Source: a virus (lineage: Duplodnaviria; Heunggongvirae; Uroviricota; Caudoviricetes). From it: a stretch of DNA of 44,479 nt. Shown here piece by piece: positions 37,684-44,479 of the stretch. The translations under genes were made by a program, and so were the position numbers. Below the pieces are notes generated by a model. That model was not told where the DNA came from and did not search any database. It saw only the letters and a program-made list of their open reading frames with translations. Within the stretch, counting starts at the first letter, position 1. Every line of letters begins with the position of its first letter. The DNA lies in the IMG/VR virus record IMGVR_UViG_2526164662_000049; one strand, given 5' to 3'.

Positions 37684-40600
37684 ATGAGCACCGATAAACA
37701 AGTTTACCCACTGTATTACGAAGCAAAAAATGACAAAGTAAGAAAACGTCTCGGTATTAAAGGCGGTTTTTACTGGGCTGAAGCGAAAAAATTATCCATT
37801 GCCATCTCCCGTGGTGCTGTTGCGATTGACGATGCTGGCTACGATGAAGATGACTTCAAAAAACCTGTTCGCGTCAATTTGCCCGTTGTTGATGACCTCC
37901 CGCCAGAAGGCGTATTTGATACGGAATTCTGCAACCGTTACGAAAAAGGCGGGGAAGATGGCATCACAATGGTATTTATCGCGCCCTCACCCTCTGCGCA
38001 GGGCAAACCAGCCGGCACTGACAACACCAATGTTAATGGCGAAGACATGACGGAGATTGAGGAGAATATGCTACTCCCGATTTCTGGCCAGGAGCTGCCC
38101 ATTCGCTGGCTTGCTCAACACGGCAGCGAAAAACCGGTAACGCACGTTTCACGCGACGAACTCCAGGCATTACACATTGCACGGGCCGAGGAACTACCAG
38201 CTGTTACTGCCCTGGCTGTTTCCCACAAAACCAGCCTGCTCGATCCGCTGGAAATTCGCGATCTCCACAAACTGGTGCGTGATACTGACAGAGTTTTCCC
38301 TAATCCAGGCAATTCAAGCCTGGGGCTGATGACTGCTTTTTTCGAAGCATACATGAACGCAGACTACACCGATCGCGGTCTGCTGACAAAAGAGTGGATG
38401 AAAGAAAATCGTGTTTCACGCATCACGCGCACGGCTTCCTGCGCTAATGCTGGCGGCGGGAACCTCACCGATCGCGGCGAAGGTTTCGTTCACGATCTGA
38501 CGTCACTGGCGCGCGACGTAGCCACTGGCGTACTGGCTCGTTCAATGGACGTGGACATTTATAACCTTCATCCGGCACACGCTAAACGTGTCGAGGAAAT
38601 TATCGCTGAAAATAAACCGCCCTTTTCTGTTTTCCGCGACAAATTCATCACCATGCCTGGCGGGCTGGATTATTCCCGCGCCATCGTGGTTGCGTCCGTA
38701 AAAGAAGCACCAATTGGGATCGAGGTTATCCCCGCACACGTCACTGAATATCTGAACAAAGTACTGACTGAAACTGATCATGCCAACCCTGATCCGGAAA
38801 TCGTGGATATTGCCTGCGGTCGTTCCTCTGCCCCGATGCCGCAGCGTGTAACAGAAGAAGAAAAACAGGATGATGAAGAAAAACTGCAACCATCTTGCGC
38901 AATGGCAGATGAACAGGCAACGGCTGAAACAGTGGAACCGGATGCAACTGAACATCATCAGGACACGCAGCCGCTGGATGCTCAGTCACAGGTAAATTCT
39001 GTTGATGCGAAATATCAGAAACTGCGGGCAGAACTCCATGAAGCCCGGAAAAACATTCCGCCCAAAAATCCTGTCGATGCAGATAAATTACTGGCTGCCT
39101 CTCGCGGAGAATTTGTTGAAGGGATTAGCGACCCGAATGATCCGAAATGGGTTAAGGGGATCCAGACCCGCGACTCCGTGTACCAGAATCAGCCAGAAAC
39201 GGAACAGAACGACCCAAATACGCAACAAAACGAGCCAGAAACGAAACAGCCTGAGCCAGTAGTGCAACAACAGGAAACGGAGAAAGTTTGCACCGCCTGC
39301 GGTAAGGCTGGCGGCGGCAACTGTCCTGACTGTGGCGCGGTGATGGGCGACGCAACGTATCAGAAAACCTTTAATGAAGAAAATCAGAATGAATATCAGG
39401 AAAAAGGTCTGGAGGAAATGGAAGGTGCTGAACATCCGCACAAGGAGAACGCTGGCAGCAATCCGCATTGCGATTGCAGTGATGAAGCTGGTGAAGCGAC
39501 AGCACCTGTAGTAACTGAAATCATGTGGCCGTCATATTTCGAGCCTGGCCGCTATGAAAACCTCCCGAACGAGGTTTATCACTCCGCCAACGGAATAAGC
39601 AGCACAATGCTGAAGGATGCCCGCATCAGCCTGATGTATTACCACGGACGGCACATTGCCGGAACTATTCCGAGCGAGGAAAGTGATGCATTGCTGCGTG
39701 GGCGGATTATTCACAGCTATGTTCTGGAAACGGATAAATTCGCTGATGAGTATGCCATTCCGGTACCGGTTCCTGAATATGTGGTTACTACTTCTAACGA
39801 ACTGATCGCCATCATTAAAAAACACAATGCCAGTCTGCCAGCACCGATGACACCAGAGCAGATGAAAGAGTGGATCGAAAGCTACAACAGCACTCTTATA
39901 CAGCCACTGTCGGTAAGTGCCTGGGCCGAAGAAACAGGCATCCTTTACGGTTCGCTTCCGGAGGAATTCCGGCGTATTCCTGAGGGGGAAAAATACACAG
40001 CATCAGCAATGAAAGCCTGTATTAAAGAATACAACGCAAACCTCCCTCCTCTGTTGAAAACCAGTGGATCACGGGAGCAACTTCTGGAGCAAATTGAAAC
40101 TGTAGATCCAGAACTGGCAAAAAAAGAACGTGCTAAATCTTTGCCTTACAACATCAGTGGCACAAAAGAGCAATTAACCGAAATCGCACGGAAAATTCGC
40201 CCGGAACTGGTGACACTGGAAGACTGGCAAAAACGCCAGCAAGAAGAAAACGCCGGGAAAACGTTTATCAGTCCGGATATGTATGAACAGGCAAAAAATA
40301 TTCACGCTGCACTGCAAAACAATACCGATGCAGCAAGGCTACTCAACCACCCGGATCGCAAATCTGAAATCAGCTATTTCGGGTTTGATGAAGAAACCGG
40401 GCTGGAAATCAGGGTCCGTCCTGATATCGAAATCCGGCTGCCATACGAAAGCATTTGCGCCGACGTGAAGTCAGTCAGCCTCGGTTATGTGCGACAGGAA
40501 CGACTGAAAGATCGCCTGCACCGTGAAATTATTGAGCGTGATTATCACCTCAGCGCAGCAATGTATTGCGATGTGGCAAACCTGGACAAATTTTTCTGGA

Positions 40601-40812
40601 TCTTCGTCAACAAAGATGCTGGCTATCACTGGGTGGCCGTCGTGGAAGCCTCGCAGGAACTCCTGGAACTTGGTCGACAGGAATATCGCCGGACGCTACG
40701 ACAGATAAATGAAGCTCTGGAGACAAACAACTGGCCAGCACCGATTACCGAAAGTTATACCGACGAATTAAACGACTTTGATCTTCGTCGTCTTGAAGCA
40801 CTGAGCATCTGA
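37684..40812 (+). CDS. recE: exodeoxyribonuclease VIII (RecE-like), 1042 aa
   Basis: N-terminal 600 aa closely resemble recalled Rac RecE; C-terminal PD-(D/E)xK-like motifs ([19 protein letters not shown]) in a divergent, longer nuclease domain. Confidence 0.8.
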   Translation: MSTDKQVYPLYYEAKNDKVRKRLGIKGGFYWAEAKKLSIAISRGAVAIDDAGYDEDDFKKPVRVNLPVVDDLPPEGVFDTEFCNRYEKGGEDGITMVFIAPSPSAQGKPAGTDNTNVNGEDMTEIEENMLLPISGQELPIRWLAQHGSEKPVTHVSRDELQALHIARAEELPAVTALAVSHKTSLLDPLEIRDLHKLVRDTDRVFPNPGNSSLGLMTAFFEAYMNADYTDRGLLTKEWMKENRVSRITRTASCANAGGGNLTDRGEGFVHDLTSLARDVATGVLARSMDVDIYNLHPAHAKRVEEIIAENKPPFSVFRDKFITMPGGLDYSRAIVVASVKEAPIGIEVIPAHVTEYLNKVLTETDHANPDPEIVDIACGRSSAPMPQRVTEEEKQDDEEKLQPSCAMADEQATAETVEPDATEHHQDTQPLDAQSQVNSVDAKYQKLRAELHEARKNIPPKNPVDADKLLAASRGEFVEGISDPNDPKWVKGIQTRDSVYQNQPETEQNDPNTQQNEPETKQPEPVVQQQETEKVCTACGKAGGGNCPDCGAVMGDATYQKTFNEENQNEYQEKGLEEMEGAEHPHKENAGSNPHCDCSDEAGEATAPVVTEIMWPSYFEPGRYENLPNEVYHSANGISSTMLKDARISLMYYHGRHIAGTIPSEESDALLRGRIIHSYVLETDKFADEYAIPVPVPEYVVTTSNELIAIIKKHNASLPAPMTPEQMKEWIESYNSTLIQPLSVSAWAEETGILYGSLPEEFRRIPEGEKYTASAMKACIKEYNANLPPLLKTSGSREQLLEQIETVDPELAKKERAKSLPYNISGTKEQLTEIARKIRPELVTLEDWQKRQQEENAGKTFISPDMYEQAKNIHAALQNNTDAARLLNHPDRKSEISYFGFDEETGLEIRVRPDIEIRLPYESICADVKSVSLGYVRQERLKDRLHREIIERDYHLSAAMYCDVANLDKFFWIFVNKDAGYHWVAVVEASQELLELGRQEYRRTLRQINEALETNNWPAPITESYTDELNDFDLRRLEALSI

Positions 40813-40823
40813 GGAAGGACACA

Positions 40824-41876
40824 ATGAACGAATTAACTCAACAAGAAAATATTAACTCTAATGTTGCGGTTTTCAGCCCTCAGTCCCTGGCTGCAATTCA
40901 GACATTTTCCCAGGTAATGGCTTCCGGCATGGCTACTGTACCGGAACACCTCCGGGGAAATCCATCAGACTGCATGGCCATCACCATGCAGGCGATGCAG
41001 TGGCAAATGAACCCTTACGCAGTAGCTCAGAAAACTTTCGTTGTGAATGGTGTGCTCGGATATGAAGCGCAACTGGTTAATGCCGTAATCAGTACTCGTG
41101 GGCCGCTAACCGGGCGTATTGAATATGACTGGTTCGGGCCGTGGGAAAAAATTATCGGGAAATTTGAAATCAGGAAGAACGACAAGGGGAAAGAATATCG
41201 TGTGCCTGGCTGGAAGCTGGCCGATGAAAACGGGATCGGTGTTCGCGTCCAGGCAACACTACGCGGAGAGAGCAAGCCACGCGTACTGGAGTTACTTCTG
41301 GCGCAGGCCAGAACACGTAACTCAACGTTATGGGCCGATGATCCTCGCCAGCAGCTTGCCTATCTGGCTCTGAAACGCTGGGCGCGCCTTTATTGCCCTG
41401 AAGTGATTCTTGGAGTGTACACCCGGGACGAACTGGACGAACCACAGGAAAAAATCATTAATCCGGTTCAGGAACATAAAAACACATCCGCCTGCCGTGC
41501 GGAACGTGAAACAACAATTATTGAGCAGGATGCCGGGGAAAACTGGATCAGTGCTTTCCGTGAACGTATTGAGCAGGCACAAAGCACCGGAGAAACAACG
41601 GCACTTCGCCAGGAAGTGGAAGATCATAAAAATACACTTGGCGCTCTCTACACAGAACTTAAAGGAAAAGTGGTTCAGCGTCATCACCGTCTCAATGCTA
41701 TTGCCCGTATTGAGAAGATGATAAATGACCTGCCTTCATCAGGTGATCCAGAAGCAGAACAAAAATTTATTGCTCTGGAAAATACGCTGAATGCTGCACG
41801 ACCACATCTGGGAGAATTATATGAGGCGTATAAAATGACACTGACAGATATGAAACCAGAATATATCGGCTCCTGA
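40824..41876 (+). CDS. single-strand annealing recombinase (RecT-family-like) with C-terminal extension
   Basis: 350 aa directly downstream of recE-like gene; N-terminal region compatible with RecT fold; not close to K-12 RecT. Confidence 0.55.
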   Translation: MNELTQQENINSNVAVFSPQSLAAIQTFSQVMASGMATVPEHLRGNPSDCMAITMQAMQWQMNPYAVAQKTFVVNGVLGYEAQLVNAVISTRGPLTGRIEYDWFGPWEKIIGKFEIRKNDKGKEYRVPGWKLADENGIGVRVQATLRGESKPRVLELLLAQARTRNSTLWADDPRQQLAYLALKRWARLYCPEVILGVYTRDELDEPQEKIINPVQEHKNTSACRAERETTIIEQDAGENWISAFRERIEQAQSTGETTALRQEVEDHKNTLGALYTELKGKVVQRHHRLNAIARIEKMINDLPSSGDPEAEQKFIALENTLNAARPHLGELYEAYKMTLTDMKPEYIGS

Positions 41877-41939
41877 TATTTACTATGGCGGTGTAGCCTC
41901 ACCGCCATAACAAAACTTTATTTTATGAGAGAAAAGACA

Positions 41940-42134
41940 ATGCGGTATGAAAAAGTCAAACCATGTCCGTTTTGTGGTTGTCCATCAGTAACGGTGAAAG
42001 CCATTTCAGGATATTACCGCGCAAAGTGTAACGGATGCGAATCCCGAACTGGCTATAGTGGAAGTGAAAAAGAAGCACTCGAAAGATGGAATAAACGAAC
42101 TACTGGAAATAATAATGGAGGTGTTCATGTATAA
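41940..42134 (+). CDS. ralR: Lar/RalR restriction-alleviation protein (type I toxin RalR-like)
   Basis: 64 aa MRYEKVKPCPFCGCPSVTVKAISGYYRAKCNGCESRTGY... Cys4 motif; matches recalled Rac RalR. Confidence 0.7.
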   Translation: MRYEKVKPCPFCGCPSVTVKAISGYYRAKCNGCESRTGYSGSEKEALERWNKRTTGNNNGGVHV

Positions 42135-42315
42135 AATTACTGCCACTATTGAAAAGGAAGGTGGCACTCCTACTAACTGGACAAGGTACTCAAAAACAAA
42201 ATTAACCAAATCAGAATGCGAAAAAATGCTCTCAGGGAAAAAAGAAGCAGGCGTTTCCAGAGAGCAGAAAGTAAAGCTGATAAATTTTAATTGCGAGAAG
42301 CTTCTGTCCTCGTGA
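42127..42315 (+). CDS. ydaC: YdaC-like protein (DUF1187-like)
   Basis: 62 aa MYKITATIEKEGGTPTNWTRY...; start overlaps ralR stop; Rac-like order. Confidence 0.5.
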   Translation: MYKITATIEKEGGTPTNWTRYSKTKLTKSECEKMLSGKKEAGVSREQKVKLINFNCEKLLSS

Positions 42316-42415
42316 GTTGCATTATATACAAATTAGAACTTCATAGCTGATTATTAAAAATCAACCACACCCGCCAGTATTCTGTATATTTACTGGCGGT
42401 CATATCGTAAGAGGT

Positions 42416-42703
42416 ATGGCAATGAATCTTGTGACACTCAAAACGTGGGGAAAACTCAGATATCCGGATAACCCACCATCAATATCAACGCTGAGACGAT
42501 GGGCAAGGAATGGAAACATTTATCCTGCACCTGAACTACACGGGAGGAGTTACAGAGTGGTTCCGGAGGCTTTCTATATCAACCCAAATAAGGTTGATAC
42601 CGATATAACACACCATCAGCCTAATGGGCGACAAGGGAGAGACAGTCCGTTACTGGAGAAGTTAAAACATGCAGCGGAAAAAATACGATCCCAATTTGCC
42701 TAA
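42416..42703 (+). CDS. xis: excisionase-like protein
   Basis: 95 aa ORF immediately upstream of and overlapping integrase start. Confidence 0.55.
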   Translation: MAMNLVTLKTWGKLRYPDNPPSISTLRRWARNGNIYPAPELHGRSYRVVPEAFYINPNKVDTDITHHQPNGRQGRDSPLLEKLKHAAEKIRSQFA

Positions 42704-43745
42704 AAACTTAACATATCGAAGGAGGGACAAAGCATATTACTGGCGCAACCCTCTGACGAAAGAAGAATTTACACTAGGTAAAATTTCAAGAAGAGATGCA
42801 GTAGCGCAGGCAATTGAAGCAAATCATTATATATACAAAAACTACTCTCCTGCTGCCTTAATTGAAAAGCTTAAAGGGTTCGACTCATTTACTATGGCAG
42901 ACTGGATTGAACGTTACAAAACGATTCTTATAAGGAGAAAAGTGTCCAGAAATACTTATAAAATTCGGGTAAATCAACTGGAGACAATAAAAGAAAAATT
43001 GGGAGGGATTTTACTGACAGAAATAACAACTCGCCATATTGCCGAGTTTCTTGATTTGTGGATTGAAGGAGGGAAAAACACAATGGCAGGATCAATGCGT
43101 TCTGTGTTGTCTGATATGTTTCGCGAGGCCATTGTTGAAGGACGTATATCTCAAAATCCAGTAACGCCAACAAGAGCACCGAAAATAGTAGTTACAAGAG
43201 AACGACTGAAACTAAAGACATACAACTGCATCAGGGAGGCAGCAGATCAACTTCCGGCATGGTTCCCATTAGCTATGGATTTAGCCCTTGTAACAGGACA
43301 ACGTCGCGAAGACATAACGAATATGCGGTTCAGTGATATTTATGATGATCGTCTCCACATCAGGCAAATTAAGACAGGAATGATGATTGCTATCCCCCTG
43401 TCACTCAGCCTTCCTGTCGCTGGTCTACGGCTTGGTACAGTAGTTGAACGGTGCCGCCTGGTAAGCCGGGGAGATTATCTAATCAGTGCCGGGATTAGAA
43501 AAAACAGCCCTGACGGCAGCATTCACCCGGATGGCCTGACAAAAAAATTTGTCGCAGCCAGAAAATTAACAGGTATCCAGTTCAGTGAAAACCCACCAAC
43601 TTTTCACGAGATCAGAAGTCTGGCTGGACGATTGTACAAAGAAACATGTGGAGAAGAATTTGCCCAGCGCCTACTTGGTCACACATCGGAGAAGACAACA
43701 AAAATGTATCTTGATGAGCGAGAAAAAACGTACTTACTGCTCTGA
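42669..43745 (+). CDS. int: lambda-family tyrosine integrase
   Basis: 358 aa; collinear similarity to lambda Int incl. HELRSL and LLGH..xxxY C-terminal motifs. Confidence 0.85.
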   Translation: MQRKKYDPNLPKNLTYRRRDKAYYWRNPLTKEEFTLGKISRRDAVAQAIEANHYIYKNYSPAALIEKLKGFDSFTMADWIERYKTILIRRKVSRNTYKIRVNQLETIKEKLGGILLTEITTRHIAEFLDLWIEGGKNTMAGSMRSVLSDMFREAIVEGRISQNPVTPTRAPKIVVTRERLKLKTYNCIREAADQLPAWFPLAMDLALVTGQRREDITNMRFSDIYDDRLHIRQIKTGMMIAIPLSLSLPVAGLRLGTVVERCRLVSRGDYLISAGIRKNSPDGSIHPDGLTKKFVAARKLTGIQFSENPPTFHEIRSLAGRLYKETCGEEFAQRLLGHTSEKTTKMYLDEREKTYLLL

Positions 43746-43865
43746 TTTTAACGTAAATGGATTGTTAAATGTGTTTTGGTTGTGATATAACCAAAAAAGA
43801 CCGGAATACAGAAATTCGAGTAAATTTCGGGGAATTTCGGGAAGACGTTTGCAACTGATTGATTT

Positions 43866-43900
43866 TAAATACAATTAAAAAAAGACCGAATACGATTCCT
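43866..43900. repeat. attR core region (sdsR 3' terminus reconstituted at prophage junction)
   Basis: aaaaaaagaccgaatacgattcctgtattcggtcc; direct repeat of 1067-1098; partial third copy at 43793-43815. Confidence 0.5.
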
Positions 43901-43979
43901 GTATTCGGTCCAGGGAAATGGCTCTTGGGAGAGAGCCGTGCGCTAAAAGTTGGCATTAATGCAGGCTTAGTTGCCTTGC
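43877..43979 (-). ncRNA. sdsR: SdsR (RyeB) small RNA
   Basis: minus-strand sequence GCAAGGCAACUAAGCCUGCAUUAAUGCC... ending in terminator hairpin plus U-run; matches recalled E. coli SdsR. Confidence 0.8.
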
Positions 43980-44137
43980 CCTTTAAGAATAGATGACGAC
44001 GCCAGGTTTTCCAGTTTGCGTGCAAAATGGTCAATAAAAAGCGTGGTGGTCATCAGCTGAAATGTTAAAAACCGCCCGTTCTGGTGAAAGAACTGAGGCG
44101 GTTTTTTTATTGGAAATCAAAAGGCTATTTTAGGTAA

Positions 44138-44479
44138 TTAACAGAGTTTTTCAGCTCGTTCTATAAACGGTGCCAGACTCATTTTTTCGCCGGGATTGTT
44201 AGGATCATCAATCTGAATCACCGAAATGGGTTGGGCTTTAGTCTTCCCACTGGCAACTTCCTTTTGTGCGATATCGTTTAAAGGATACTGCACGAGGGTA
44301 CTTGGGTTAATGACATACAAAGCATTACCCGGTCTGCAAGTCAGCATCACCTCTTCGCGATTAAACGCCCATTTGTCTTTACCCACTTCAAAACGACTGA
44401 CGGTAATCACCTGCGGTGCAGCCAGCGCCGCTGCAGAACTGGTGAGTAACAGAAACGTCAGAATACTTTTTTTCATCAT
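44138..44479 (-). CDS. yebY: YebY periplasmic protein (DUF2511)
   Basis: 113 aa with signal peptide [20 protein letters not shown]; recalled E. coli YebY; adjacent to sdsR as in K-12. Confidence 0.8.
   Translation of the reverse strand: MMKKSILTFLLLTSSAAALAAPQVITVSRFEVGKDKWAFNREEVMLTCRPGNALYVINPSTLVQYPLNDIAQKEVASGKTKAQPISVIQIDDPNNPGEKMSLAPFIERAEKLC

Larger units (their letters stand above)
1067..43900. mobile_element. integrated mosaic prophage (Rac-like early region, lambdoid late control, contractile tail)
   Basis: continuous phage gene set from truncated invertase to integrase, flanked by imperfect direct repeats of the sdsR 3' end and by host genes pphA and yebY. Confidence 0.85.
43740..43983 (+). 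ncRNA. ryeA: RyeA (SraC) antisense sRNA, approximate; 5' part would be phage-derived
   Basis: inferred from known overlap geometry of ryeA and sdsR in E. coli; boundaries not verifiable from sequence alone. Confidence 0.3.

Noticed and set aside
38542-39825. Minus-strand ORFs 38542-38958, 38741-38989, 39088-39468, 39532-39825 inside recE
   Set aside because: Antisense to a long gene with strong homology; repetitive low-complexity translations
43765-44034. 89 aa minus-strand ORF overlapping sdsR
   Set aside because: Coincides with a recognisable sRNA and its terminator; no RBS; translation not protein-like
1-44479. CRISPR arrays, tRNA or rRNA genes
   Set aside because: No regularly spaced direct repeats with unique spacers and no tRNA-like cloverleaf candidates were seen; the only RNA gene supported is sdsR (with ryeA inferred)

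Overview
The window is an E. coli-type chromosomal segment (yebW, pphA on the left; sdsR/ryeA sRNA locus and yebY on the right) carrying a complete, mosaic prophage of about 42.8 kb inserted at the 3' end of sdsR. All calls rest on reading the ORF translations and the DNA by eye; no database search was run, and family names are recalled from memory. The prophage runs from an imperfect sdsR-terminus repeat near 1067-1098 to the reconstituted sdsR 3' end near 43866-43900. From the right end inwards: lambda-type int/xis; a Rac-like early-left operon (ydaC-like, ralR/lar, RecT-like, RecE-like, racC, ydaE-like, kilR-like, ydaF-like); an immunity region with a DicA/RacR-type repressor and divergent cro-like/cII-like genes with palindromic operators; O-like and DnaC-like replication genes with iterons; a nin-like region with hokD; antiterminator Q with pR'/tR'; a lambda-like holin/endolysin/Rz/Rz1 cassette; terminase, portal and head genes; a contractile tail module (sheath, tube, chaperone with a -1 frameshift site, tape measure, baseplate, fibre, fibre assembly); and finally an AT-rich acyltransferase next to a truncated DNA invertase. 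Candidate undescribed accessory systems, all hypotheses to be tested: (1) a promoter- and terminator-equipped two-gene insert inside the baseplate cluster (secreted 111 aa protein plus 79 aa two-helix membrane protein); (2) an AT-rich 189 aa membrane protein with a convergent overlapping small ORF between Q and the lysis cassette; (3) an ORF6N-like protein carrying internal tandem DNA repeats; (4) a structured 400 bp non-coding region with long inverted repeats directly upstream of kilR; (5) an acyltransferase split at a 7-G homopolymer.
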